A stretch of 64,000 bases of DNA from the NCBI GenBank assembly GCA_963662465.1, contig OY759599.1:6304001-6368000 (forward strand). The letters are read 5' to 3'. The stretch is from Desulfatiglandales bacterium. Its GTDB lineage: Bacteria > Desulfobacterota > DSM-4660 > Desulfatiglandales > Desulfatiglandaceae. The translations under genes were made by a program, and so were the position numbers. Of this stretch, positions 9,943 to 19,379 are shown piece after piece. The notes beneath the pieces were generated by a model that saw only the letters and a program-made list of their open reading frames with translations, searched no databases and was not told where the DNA came from. Numbering within the stretch: position 1 is the stretch's first letter; each line of letters begins with the position of its first letter.

Positions 9943-11106
9943 TTATGTTGGCTGATGAGCTGTTAAACATTGGACTATTTTCTCTGCAGCTCTGCCATCT
10001 CCATAAAGTTTAGGGCGAGGGTTGGCCGTTTTAAAAGATCTGATGGCATTTATTATGTTTTCCCTGTTTGCCCCGACTACTACATTCCAGCCCGTTTCAA
10101 CTGTCTCAACCCATTCTGTTTCTGTTCTCATTGTTATGCAGGGTACTCCGAAAAAGTATGCCTCTTTTTGCATGCCACCGGAGTCGGTGAGGATGGCTTT
10201 TGCGTTTTGCTCAAGAACGAGCATATCCAGATAACCGACGGGAGAAATACATCTTAATTTTGAATCTTTCACAAAGTCCACAGAGGTTGCTTTTAAGTCT
10301 GTAAGGCATTGTTTTGTGCGGGGGTGAACGGGAAATACGATCGGTTCTTTGATTTCGAGAAAGGCGGACAAAATACTTTGAAAGTTTTCATGTATGTCTG
10401 TGTTATATGGGCGATGGACTGTTGCCAGCAGGTATCCCTTCGGCTTCAGCCCCAGATCCTCAAGAATCGTCGATTGTCTGCGGGCAATTTCAAAAAATTG
10501 CAGGACGGCATCGTACATGGTGTCGCCGACATTAATAACCAAAGGTGAAAGGTGAAAGCTAAAAGCTGAAAGTGCCTTTTCAAAAAACCTTCTCTCAAGC
10601 AGTTTACCATCATTAATTATGTTGCTGAAACCCTCTTTTTGGAGATTTTGAACTGCCGTTTGGGAGGGACAAAAGAGTAGATCAGAACAGTGATCCGTCA
10701 GAACCCTGTTGTGTTCTTCGGGCATTCCTCTGTTAAATGATCGGAGGCCTGCTTCTACATGCGCTACCGGGATATGGAGTTTTGCCGCGGCAAGAGCGCC
10801 GGCGAGGGTGGAATTCGTGTCGCCATAAACCAGAACCCAATCCGGTTTTTCCCTGATTAGGAGTTCTTCGATCTTTTCCAACATGCGACCGGTCATTGCT
10901 CCGTGGGAAGAGCTGTTTATGCCAAGATTATAATCGGGTTTTGGGATATTCAGTTCCTTGAAGAACACATCGGACATATCGGCGTCAAAGTGCTGGCCGG
11001 TGTGGACGATGACCTCGATGATGCGATTATGTTCGACAATGGCGCGGCTGACAGGAGCTGCTTTGATGAATTGTGGCCGGGCGCCGAGTATGGTTATAAT
11101 TTTCAT
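9943..11106 (-). CDS. wecB: UDP-N-acetylglucosamine 2-epimerase family, non-hydrolysing (WecB/WbpI-like)
   Basis: GARPQFIK, HTGQH, GDTNSTLAG, HVEAGLRS, TDSGGMQKEA. Confidence 0.9.
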   Translation of the reverse strand: MKIITILGARPQFIKAAPVSRAIVEHNRIIEVIVHTGQHFDADMSDVFFKELNIPKPDYNLGINSSSHGAMTGRMLEKIEELLIREKPDWVLVYGDTNSTLAGALAAAKLHIPVAHVEAGLRSFNRGMPEEHNRVLTDHCSDLLFCPSQTAVQNLQKEGFSNIINDGKLLERRFFEKALSAFSFHLSPLVINVGDTMYDAVLQFFEIARRQSTILEDLGLKPKGYLLATVHRPYNTDIHENFQSILSAFLEIKEPIVFPVHPRTKQCLTDLKATSVDFVKDSKLRCISPVGYLDMLVLEQNAKAILTDSGGMQKEAYFFGVPCITMRTETEWVETVETGWNVVVGANRENIINAIRSFKTANPRPKLYGDGRAAEKIVQCLTAHQPT

Positions 11107-11161
11107 TTGTTTTCTCTCACAGAGTACTCAGGGATACAGTGGGGTGATTTTAAAAAAGGTA

Positions 11162-12754
11162 TTAAGAATTAAGGATCAGACCATCTTCGGCCTCTGTGTA
11201 TTTTTTCCCACATACTGTGCATGTTAAGTCATCGGCAAGTTTTTCTCCGCACTCGCATGCCCAGCCGATCTGTTTCCCCGGATTTCCAACGACCAAAGCG
11301 TAATCCGACGCATCTCTGTTGACGAGTGCGGCGGCTCCTATGAATGCAAACGAACCAATGGTCACGCCACAAATGATGGTGCAGTTTGCTCCCAGGGTTG
11401 CGCCGTGCTTGACCAGGGTGGGTCGTACCTGATCCATCTTCCGAATTTTGGCCCTTGGGTTGTATATATTTGTAAATACCGCAGATGGTCCACAAAAGAC
11501 CCCATCCTGAAGGGTTACCCCTTTATAAACACTCACGTTGTTCTGAATTTTGCAGCCATCCCCAATGGTCACATCCGGACCGATTACGACGTTTTGTCCT
11601 ATGTTGCAGTTCTGACCAATTTTGGACCCCGAAAGGATGTGTGAAAAATGCCAGATCTTTGTACCACTGCCTATTTCCGATCCTTTGTCAATGACCGCTG
11701 TTTCATGTGTGAAATATCCTTCAGGGGTAGTGGCGGGTTGGAGGTCGTGGGTTTCAGGTAAAGATAAGACGATTTTCATCCCAACTGCATCCAAGGACTG
11801 CTGCGCAGCATTAAGGACTTTCAGGACACTGAGGCCTTCGTTTCCATCGGTGTGCGGCCTGCTACCTGTTGAGATGCACTTTAAAAAGTGTTCGCATTCG
11901 TTACGCAGCGGTTCGGATTCATAAAGCTGTACCCTTTCTGCTTCACCCTTGACAGATAAGGGTGCATTGTTTTCCCAGTTTATCTGGTGCGAGTAGAGGA
12001 GGAGTTTATCCTTCCAGGGCAGGGTGTCGTTGAATACTGCCATCTTTTTATCGCCAACAACCACCAGCTTCTGTTCCTTGAACGGGTGCAGCCAGGAAAC
12101 AAAGATATGGGCATGGAGTCCTGAGGGAAATTCCATATGGGTGACGGTTACATCCGCGATACTTTTGTGCAGATAATTGCCGCCGGTGGCATGTACAGCT
12201 TCCGGTTCTTCACCGGCGAGAGCAAGGATCATTGAGATGTCATGAGGTGCGAATGACCAGAGGATATTTTCTTCACGGCGGATTTTTCCAAGATTCAACC
12301 TGTTTGAGTATATGTAATTGATTCTGCCGAGTTCCCCTCTCAGGGTTTTTTCTTTTAGCTTAACAAACGCCGGATGATAATGCAGCAGGTGTCCCACCAT
12401 GAGGACAAGATTTTTTTTATCGGCTAGAGCGGTAAGTTTTTTACCCTCGGTCGTATGAAGGACAAGGGGTTTTTCAACATAAACGTGTTTGCCTGTAAGC
12501 AGGGCCTCACGCGCCAGCGTATAATGTGTTTCCGCTGGAGTGGCGATAACCACGCCTTCTATTTCCTTACGGGAAAGAACGTCATTTAAGGCAAAACAGG
12601 TCTCCATACCTGGATATTGTTTTTTGAAAATGTTTAGAACTGTTTCATTTTTGTCACATACGAGTTTAAGCGCACCAAGTTCGTAGTAGTTTCGAATAAG
12701 ATTTTTTCCCCAGTAACCGCTTCCAATTACTGCAATATTTTGAGAATTCGACAT
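11162..12754 (-). CDS. Gfo/Idh/MocA oxidoreductase fused to hexapeptide N-acetyltransferase (WbpB-WbpD-like)
   Basis: GSGYWG and VEKP in the N-terminal domain; C-terminal [26 protein letters not shown] left-handed beta-helix. Confidence 0.88.
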   Translation of the reverse strand: MSNSQNIAVIGSGYWGKNLIRNYYELGALKLVCDKNETVLNIFKKQYPGMETCFALNDVLSRKEIEGVVIATPAETHYTLAREALLTGKHVYVEKPLVLHTTEGKKLTALADKKNLVLMVGHLLHYHPAFVKLKEKTLRGELGRINYIYSNRLNLGKIRREENILWSFAPHDISMILALAGEEPEAVHATGGNYLHKSIADVTVTHMEFPSGLHAHIFVSWLHPFKEQKLVVVGDKKMAVFNDTLPWKDKLLLYSHQINWENNAPLSVKGEAERVQLYESEPLRNECEHFLKCISTGSRPHTDGNEGLSVLKVLNAAQQSLDAVGMKIVLSLPETHDLQPATTPEGYFTHETAVIDKGSEIGSGTKIWHFSHILSGSKIGQNCNIGQNVVIGPDVTIGDGCKIQNNVSVYKGVTLQDGVFCGPSAVFTNIYNPRAKIRKMDQVRPTLVKHGATLGANCTIICGVTIGSFAFIGAAALVNRDASDYALVVGNPGKQIGWACECGEKLADDLTCTVCGKKYTEAEDGLILNS

Positions 12755-12786
12755 CTTATGCCCCTATTTCATTGTAGGATGGTGCT

Positions 12787-14141
12787 TCATTTTGTTTGTT
12801 CGAAAAGAGTCAACGGCGCACGATTTTTCTGAATAGATCTGATGAGGATATAAGGTGTAAAAAGAGCCATCCCGTATAAGAAGGGGCGAAGAGGAACTGA
12901 ATATCTGGGGAACGGAGCCCCTATCATGTGTATAAGCGTATAATAAATGAGCAGAAGAGAGCAAAACCGTGCTGTCAAAAGAGACACTTGGGTTAGATTA
13001 AGCTTTGCCTGAGGAAACCATGCCATGAAACATCCAAATAAGGTCAGCACCAATAAGGGGTAATGGAGGCTGTACATCAATCCATGGGTAACCCGAAAGA
13101 ATGTGTTGTGAAAATAAGGTGAATTCGTCACAGGATAGACAAAAACGTCACCCGATCCCTGGATGATGTCCCATGGGCCAGAATACCCTTGGCTTATCCA
13201 GCAGATACCATTTTGCGTGTCGTAAAGGTGCCCGCACAAACCGGTCCGAAATCTCCCTGATAACCGAAAATGTATCCGCTGAAATCTCTTTCGCTTTTGG
13301 ATCATACCGGTATGGAAAGCCGTGGCTTTGAGGGAGTCCCTCATACATGAAATCCGGATAGAGACCATGATGCAGAAAGTTGACCATAAGCCGATTGTCA
13401 GTGGGTGTATTCAGAGTATAAATGTTTCGCCCGATCCAGGGCAGAAACGCCAGAAAAAAGCCCACCAGCAACGTAGCCGACATTCGCACTCCCTTTCTCC
13501 AGCCGTAATGAAAAATAAAAAAGGCAAGCCAACACCAGGGAAAAGAATTGAAGGCTGGGTCTCACCAGGGAGGTGATTCCGATCACAATTCCAATAACAG
13601 CTGCAAACCAGACTGACGGCTTTTTTGCGAACAAGGTGATCAGGTATCCCAACAGGACCAGCAGAAAGCAGAAAAGGGTTTCGGTCAAAATATAGCTGTT
13701 TGAAACAATCAGATGCGGGCTGAGGGCCACCAAAAGTGCTGGGGCTAATGACCAGGGCGGAGAGAGGCATTTTTCAAAAAGGAGAAATGTAAAAAGGATT
13801 GTGAGTGTACTGATGAACACCTGCGAAAACAAAATCCAGCTAAACATTGTCCGGTTCGGTAAGCCATCGACAAAAAGGGCCAAAAACAATGGATAGCCCG
13901 GGGAACGAACTGCATCCGGCTTCACCGGAGAGTCAAGATCCTTGGGGTTGCCCACTTGGTGAGAGTAAGTATGCTTGTGCCTCAAGTTGTATGCATACAT
14001 GAAATACTGGCCTGCATCGGCACGCAGTGGTTTGATGACTTCGGTTTTTAATACGGATTCGCATCTCAGATAGAAGCCTGACACGAGAATCAATATCAGG
14101 GCAGGGAGAAGCACGAATGAACTTTTCTTATCTATTACCAT
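12787..14141 (-). pseudogene. GT-C (PMT/ArnT-like) membrane glycosyltransferase broken into three frames
   Basis: RADAGQY, RSPGYPLFL, LTETLF, LVRP (13398-14141) continue as LPWIGRN (13148-13489) and PRYSVPLRP (from 12787); two frameshifts. Confidence 0.7.
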
Positions 14142-14493
14142 TCTTGTAACCGCTTACGGTTTCCTCATGATCCTTTTTGGAATTAGCAGGGTTCTTCCAA
14201 CAGCTCCGAGAATACGTTTATGTGGAAGAAAAGGTTCAAAGGGGCAGAGGCACAAAGGCACAAAGTGGAAGATTGACGTTATGATGCCGCGCCTGGCGAT
14301 GTATTCCATGTCATGGCCCTGGGAGAGCAAAGTGTCGATTTCGCCAAAATTGGCATTTCCGACAATTTCTGATGCCCTGTTTCGGCTTGAGGCCACTGTT
14401 TCCAAAATTTTCTCCTGAGGCCATCCAAGGCGGCTGTTATCAACTCAAAGTGTGCTGAGGGATGGAGGTAACAGATGAAGTTAAAACTTAATT

Positions 14494-16453
14494 GTATCCT
14501 ATTCAACCCCCCCCCACAGGATTCGGAAAATTAGGATGCAACCTTGAAGTGAAGTAACAAACAGCGGCATAATCCTACAGCATCATACGGCCGAGAGCAA
14601 TATGATTGCTGCGAAGGATGGGGTGTGAAATTCTTGTTTTAATGATTTGGTGAAGGGAACAGCTACCCGGGCTGTATCTTCTCTCTTTCAATAATCAGAT
14701 CAGATAGCGCTGGCATACTGAACTTTTTGGAAACCCTGTCGCTAATGTATTCGAAAGCGTTGACCCCCAATTTCTTGGCGGTTTGGACAATGGTGAGAAA
14801 GGCATCTTTCGCTGTTGTTCCTGCCTCGGATATCGTATGTAGGCTGACATCCTGCCTACGTTTTTCAACTCTTGCCCCCAACTCTGAATCATTGTTATGC
14901 AGTGGCAACCAGGGGTATTTCAGGACCAACAAGAGTTCGTCCTTTTTATTCCTGGTTTTTTCTATACGATCGTTTAGAGCGTCATAAATCGTTTTGGTGG
15001 AAAATAGCTCGTCGAATTCGATGGATAACTTTGCCGCTGTTTCAGGACTTGGATTCTGTTTGTATTTCAGAAGATCACCATAGAAATCCCAGAAACGTGT
15101 CTTGAAATCCTTGAGAGCATCAACACTGCATGGTACGACCGGATCCAAACGATTGTAGTGACGACCCTCATGAATCCAGCAAAGGGCCAGCTCCTCAACA
15201 ATCTTCTTAAATTGAGGCGCATCATCGGCTAGCAAAATGTCTACAATCGGAACATCTGTTTGGCGATGATAGGCGGCTATGGCAGCGGCTTCCATGATTC
15301 TGGCCTTTGTGTTTTTTCCTTTTCCTTTTTTAAAGACCTTTTGCAGCAACAGTTGCATTTCCGCTTCACATTCCTTGTCTTCGGTCAAATCCCGAAGCTG
15401 ATCGGTCACTTTCTTTGAAACCTTGAAATCCGCCATTAAACAAAATGCTTTCTGATCAAAACGGTATGTTCTTTCCCTGCCACACAGCAACAAATCAAGT
15501 ATCGTGAGACGATCTTTGCGCGGGACGGTGAAAAAGGCTGTATAATATGGATTACAGAGAATCTGTGAATAGTGGTTTTTGCCGTTAACCCTTACCGTGG
15601 TATCGTCGATTTGGTGATAAGGCGTATGCTCCAATGCAGCGCGGAAGATGTCTTTTTTCTCCTGGTTGAACCCGGTTTCATCATTGGTAAGGATTCGTGA
15701 AATAGTCGATTGTGAAATGTCTATGCCACAGTTTTCAAGCAACTCCCGAATTTTTGGCTGAGACATGTTTGCTACATATTTCAGCGTGCAAACCAGCGAT
15801 CGTATCCCGGGACCGAACTTACCAACTATCCCGGCGGGTAATTCTCCTACGTAAGTGCGTTTCTCGGAAGGTGAATAAAAGATCTCTTTTCTATATTCGA
15901 CGTTGTCTGTTGTGATCAGGATTTCCTGCACAAGGATAGGTTCATAGCCTCTATATTCGGCATCAGCGGGCAATACGGAGGGATCGACTTTACATATTTC
16001 GGTTCGATCGATTGGGATGTTTTTCTTCTTGCTTTTCGGCTTTTCCTCTTTTCCTTCTCGTTGCTTTCTGTCCTTTTCCGAGGATATGTTTTTGCTTTTA
16101 CCGCTTCCTTTTTTGCCGGGAATTTTCGGCTTGCCCTGTTCTCCTTTCAGTCTGTTGTTTTCATCGCGAAGTTTTTGGATTTCAATCTTTAACTTTTCGT
16201 TTTCTTCGCTCAATCTTTCGATAAGATTTATAAAAATGGGAAGAGCTTCGGAATGTGGTTTCTGGAGGGAACTGTCTACTCGAAAATCAATATTGTGAAG
16301 TATTTCCTTTATCTCCTGGCGGCTCATATTTTGAGCATAGCATTATCCTTATCTGTTTGTCCTTTAAAAAATGCATCTTTTTTATTTTTTTTCCCTACCT
16401 TTCTAAATCTTCTCGCACTGAATCCACGGGAGAGGGGGGCTTGAATAGGATAC
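14494..16453 (-). mobile_element. IS66-family element, single-ORF (ISBst12-like) type
   Basis: TIR GTATCCTATTCAA at 14494 and TTGAATAGGATAC ending at 16453; 8-bp direct repeat ACTTAATT at 14486-14493 and 16454-16461. Confidence 0.9.
14663..16327 (-). CDS. IS66-like DDE transposase
   Basis: N-terminal coiled coil, QIDDT, LADDA, LCWIHEGRH, PLHNNDSEL, QTAKKLGVN. Confidence 0.9.
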   Translation of the reverse strand: MSRQEIKEILHNIDFRVDSSLQKPHSEALPIFINLIERLSEENEKLKIEIQKLRDENNRLKGEQGKPKIPGKKGSGKSKNISSEKDRKQREGKEEKPKSKKKNIPIDRTEICKVDPSVLPADAEYRGYEPILVQEILITTDNVEYRKEIFYSPSEKRTYVGELPAGIVGKFGPGIRSLVCTLKYVANMSQPKIRELLENCGIDISQSTISRILTNDETGFNQEKKDIFRAALEHTPYHQIDDTTVRVNGKNHYSQILCNPYYTAFFTVPRKDRLTILDLLLCGRERTYRFDQKAFCLMADFKVSKKVTDQLRDLTEDKECEAEMQLLLQKVFKKGKGKNTKARIMEAAAIAAYHRQTDVPIVDILLADDAPQFKKIVEELALCWIHEGRHYNRLDPVVPCSVDALKDFKTRFWDFYGDLLKYKQNPSPETAAKLSIEFDELFSTKTIYDALNDRIEKTRNKKDELLLVLKYPWLPLHNNDSELGARVEKRRQDVSLHTISEAGTTAKDAFLTIVQTAKKLGVNAFEYISDRVSKKFSMPALSDLIIEREKIQPG

Positions 16454-16484
16454 ACTTAATTTTTAAGATGTGATGCTAAAGCTC

Positions 16485-16742
16485 TTATTTTAATCCGGAT
16501 AGTACATCCCTGGGGCTGATTAGCCAGTGTTCTCCATTTTTGATTTTATTATTTTTGCACCATACTGCCATGATTATTTTTTTATCAGTCTGTTTGGGGA
16601 AGTTGGCGACAGATTTTGTTAACTTGCTTATTGTTGCTTTAATATTCGTTTTCTCCTCCCACTTTGCCTCGCCGAATAATAAGCGGAGGGATGGGGACAG
16701 GCTAATTATTGCTATTATTAAATCCTCCTTTTTGATTGGCAT
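16485..16742 (-). pseudogene. C-terminal fragment of an ATPase-associated PD-(D/E)XK-like (DUF234-type) domain
   Basis: DLIIA..LLFGEAKW motif; no upstream body. Confidence 0.4.
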
Positions 16743-16785
16743 ATCGAAATTCCAGGATATTCAGGTTAACATGCCATGAAAGGAG

Positions 16786-16808
16786 TTGTACGTTTTGAAG
16801 GTGTACAA
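16786..16808. promoter_or_regulatory. Inverted repeat TTGTAC-N11-GTACAA, probable autoregulatory operator of the DUF1778-GNAT TA module
   Basis: Lies just upstream of the AAGGAG RBS and ATG at 16821/16827. Confidence 0.45.
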
Positions 16809-16826
16809 TAACAAAGGAGTATGAAC

Positions 16827-17421
16827 ATGCCCCAAATTCTTGTCAAAAACAACAGCCGAGTATCGCTGAGAATCCCGGTCGAGGACAAGGGCTTCTCGTG
16901 CGTGCAGTCGCCTTGCAACAGACTACTACACCGAATCACAAATTCCTCGGGGGTTAATAAAACTGAAATACATCCTAAATTCAAGTGATTGCTTTACACG
17001 AATACCCCACGAATTTATGATTTGCTGTACTACTCTGACGGATTTTGTCATCCGACATGCGGTAGAGGCGGCGAAAACGCTGATCGATCAAGCCGAGAGA
17101 TTTACGCTCAGCGAACGGGACAGCTTGCGCGTTCTCGAACTGTTGGAAAACCATCCGGCACCGAATGCGAAGCTAATGAAGGCTGCTCATGCCTTGCCTG
17201 AGCGACCGAGACCATTCCTCCCTGACATGAAAGCCGATTTCCAGGGCATGTAATCGGGACGTCTTTGACTGCGGCGACGCTTCCTTGAATGCGTTCCTGC
17301 GCCGCCATGCACGCAAGAACCATGAACGAGGCGGGGCCAAGACGTTTTTGGCCATCAAAGACGGCGACGGTAAAAGAATTCTCGGTTTCTACAGCCTCGC
17401 GCCGGCTTCAGTTGCCTATTA
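16827..17421 (+). pseudogene. DUF1778 antitoxin + GNAT toxin module, disrupted
   Basis: MPQILVKNNSRVSLRIP / LLVRAVALQQT [insertion] TLTDFVIRHAVEAAKTLIDQAERFTLSERDSLRVLELLE; then FDCGDASLNAFLRRHARKNHERGGAKTF..ILGFYSLAPAS* (truncated GNAT). Confidence 0.8.
16927..17029. mobile_element. 103-bp MITE inserted in the DUF1778 gene
   Basis: Imperfect TIRs TACACCGAATCACAAATTCCTCGGGG / CCCCACGAATTTATGATTTGCTGTA; CTAC duplicated at 16923-16926 and 17030-17033; removal restores QQTTLTDF. Confidence 0.75.
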
Positions 17422-17577
17422 GGCTCTTTGAGGCTTCACTCAGGGAAGCATAGCCGCAAAGACCATAAGGGCATACGGTGCGTTTCCATTGCTTGGCAGC
17501 TTGGCCACCCGGCCGAAGATCACAGTGAATACCAGCATGGTCAATAAAGGCATAATAAATCATTAGGTCATGTCAAA

Positions 17578-17895
17578 CTACAGGATTTCCTGGCCGGTAC
17601 TCTTAATTTCATCAATAAGTATTCCACCTTGTGCATAGTCCTCAGGAGTAAAAGGGATGGGCTCAATCCTGCTGTCTATTCCACGTCTTAAAGGGACAAT
17701 AAGCCTTCTATCTGAATATCTGTCACCTTTAAATGAGGATGAAATAACAGCAATATCTATATCACTGTCTTCCCTTGACGTCCCTTTCATAATAGAACCA
17801 AACAACAATACTTTTTCGATAGAGATATTATTTTCTTTTAAACGTAATATATATTCTTTTATTAAATTGATGATTGAAGATTTTGAAGAAGCCAT
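17578..17895 (-). CDS. Minimal nucleotidyltransferase (MNT) antitoxin
   Basis: LFGS..GTSREDSDIDIAV. Confidence 0.88.
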   Translation of the reverse strand: MASSKSSIINLIKEYILRLKENNISIEKVLLFGSIMKGTSREDSDIDIAVISSSFKGDRYSDRRLIVPLRRGIDSRIEPIPFTPEDYAQGGILIDEIKSTGQEIL

Positions 17896-18158
17896 TTCTT
17901 TAACCTCTCAATTTGTTCAAGCTTATTCTTCGTAAATTCCACGGTGCTTTTCTTATAGAATGAGAACTTATCATCCGGATACCTTGCTTCAAGGTTGAAA
18001 TCTGAGACCTTCTCAAGTAATTCCAGGTTGTCATCATTCAATTCCAGGTCGGCTTTTTCGGCAAGATATACAAGGTTGTGTGAAAATGGCGGTGTTTTAT
18101 CCTTTTTATCGGTAAAAAACGCCTTTAAGATTTTCTCAACCGTTAAATGTCCAAAAAA
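17862..18158 (-). pseudogene. HEPN-domain protein, 5'-truncated (partner of the MNT)
   Basis: FFGHLTVEKILKA..PPFSHNLVYLAE..FNLEARYPD; no start codon; not in the ORF track. Confidence 0.7.
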
Positions 18159-18249
18159 ATGAGACTGCTAATTGCTGATTGAAAGGCAAAGAAAATAATG
18201 AGGGATGGTGGAGACAACGAATCTGAATCATTGGCTGCGTTCCCAATCA

Positions 18250-18654
18250 TTACAGCAAGCAACGCGCGAGTTCCTCATAAAGTGGAAATTTGCGATCCGC
18301 TGACATCAGCTGCCCCTCATGGGCCAGTGCAGTCGCAATGATAATTCTGTCTTGCGGGTCACTGTGGTGTTCGGGAAGGTCGACTGCGATACCAGCAATC
18401 TGCGGTGTAATGGGCAAGAGCATAATTCCAGACCCCTTCAACGCCTTTTCGAACCAAGAGATCTTGTCGCAAGGCAGCACAATGCGGCTATGACGTTCAA
18501 GCCAGGCAACTTCAAAACAACTGATCGCGGAAACCGCTACAGTATCAGCAGCCTCAATCAACTTTTTTCGATTAGCCCCGAGTTCAGCAGCCTCGCTATT
18601 AACCCACCAGAGCCATATGTGAGTGTCCAGGATAATCACTTTGGCAAATTCCAA
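18250..18654 (-). CDS. vapC: PIN-domain VapC toxin
   Basis: ILDTHIWLWW, SAISCFE, HSDPQDRIIIATA. Confidence 0.9.
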   Translation of the reverse strand: MEFAKVIILDTHIWLWWVNSEAAELGANRKKLIEAADTVAVSAISCFEVAWLERHSRIVLPCDKISWFEKALKGSGIMLLPITPQIAGIAVDLPEHHSDPQDRIIIATALAHEGQLMSADRKFPLYEELARCLL

Positions 18655-18863
18655 TCAGTCTCGGGAACACTGCTGATAATATCACCAAGGATGCGGGTTT
18701 TTCCGGCGATATCGGGATGGGGGCTGCGACATCGCGACTGACCTACCCGAACATCGTCAAGCACCAAGAGGATGATCTCCAGGTGTTTGTTGGGTGGAAG
18801 TTTCGGCACATGTTTCAGATTGCCGGACTGGTCTGTTTCAAGTATCAAGCGTTCCGCATACAT
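18636..18863 (-). CDS. Putative antitoxin of the VapC
   Basis: Small ORF overlapping the vapC start, with an acidic C-terminus. Confidence 0.7.
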   Translation of the reverse strand: MYAERLILETDQSGNLKHVPKLPPNKHLEIILLVLDDVRVGQSRCRSPHPDIAGKTRILGDIISSVPETDWNLPK

Positions 18864-18968
18864 GATTTTTCCCTCACATTAATGTTAATACAGATCTCGT
18901 AGTATATCTGCATTCTTCATAAATATTCCAAATTCCCTCATAGTTGTCAATCAATTCGTTAGCTTTTT

Positions 18969-19379
18969 CTATCCATAGTGAGGGCCGTTAGCACTCCTTG
19001 AGATTTTGTGGGTTTCCGGAAAAAGAAGATGCTTTTTCATGTTGATTTTTCTTTCTGTCTTCAATACGTCGGCAATCTCTTTGTATTCTGTTATGCCCAC
19101 ACCAAACGCTTTTGCCGCGATATGTTTGCCCAAATCCATGAGCGCTTCAAGGGCGCGCCTGAGGCATGATTCCGCCGACCAGACGTTTCTTCGATCGGCC
19201 GTAAATGAGCTGTAATTTTCCAGTGGTAAGGTCCGAATTTCTCGTACCATTTTTTCGCTCCAGTCCAGGCGATCGGCAATGACCCGTTTTGAAACTCTAT
19301 TCGGGCTCATTTTTTTCTCCCATTATAAGGGCGATACGTTCTCGTTCCAAAGGGATCAGGTCCCCCGCGCGTCTGAGGA
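18969..19379 (-). pseudogene. Truncated duplicate of the mntA(3')-hepT(5') junction found intact at 34799-35693
   Basis: 19060-19379 is near-identical to 35007-35326; cut by the IS at 19380 and lacks the RxxxxH motif. Confidence 0.85.
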
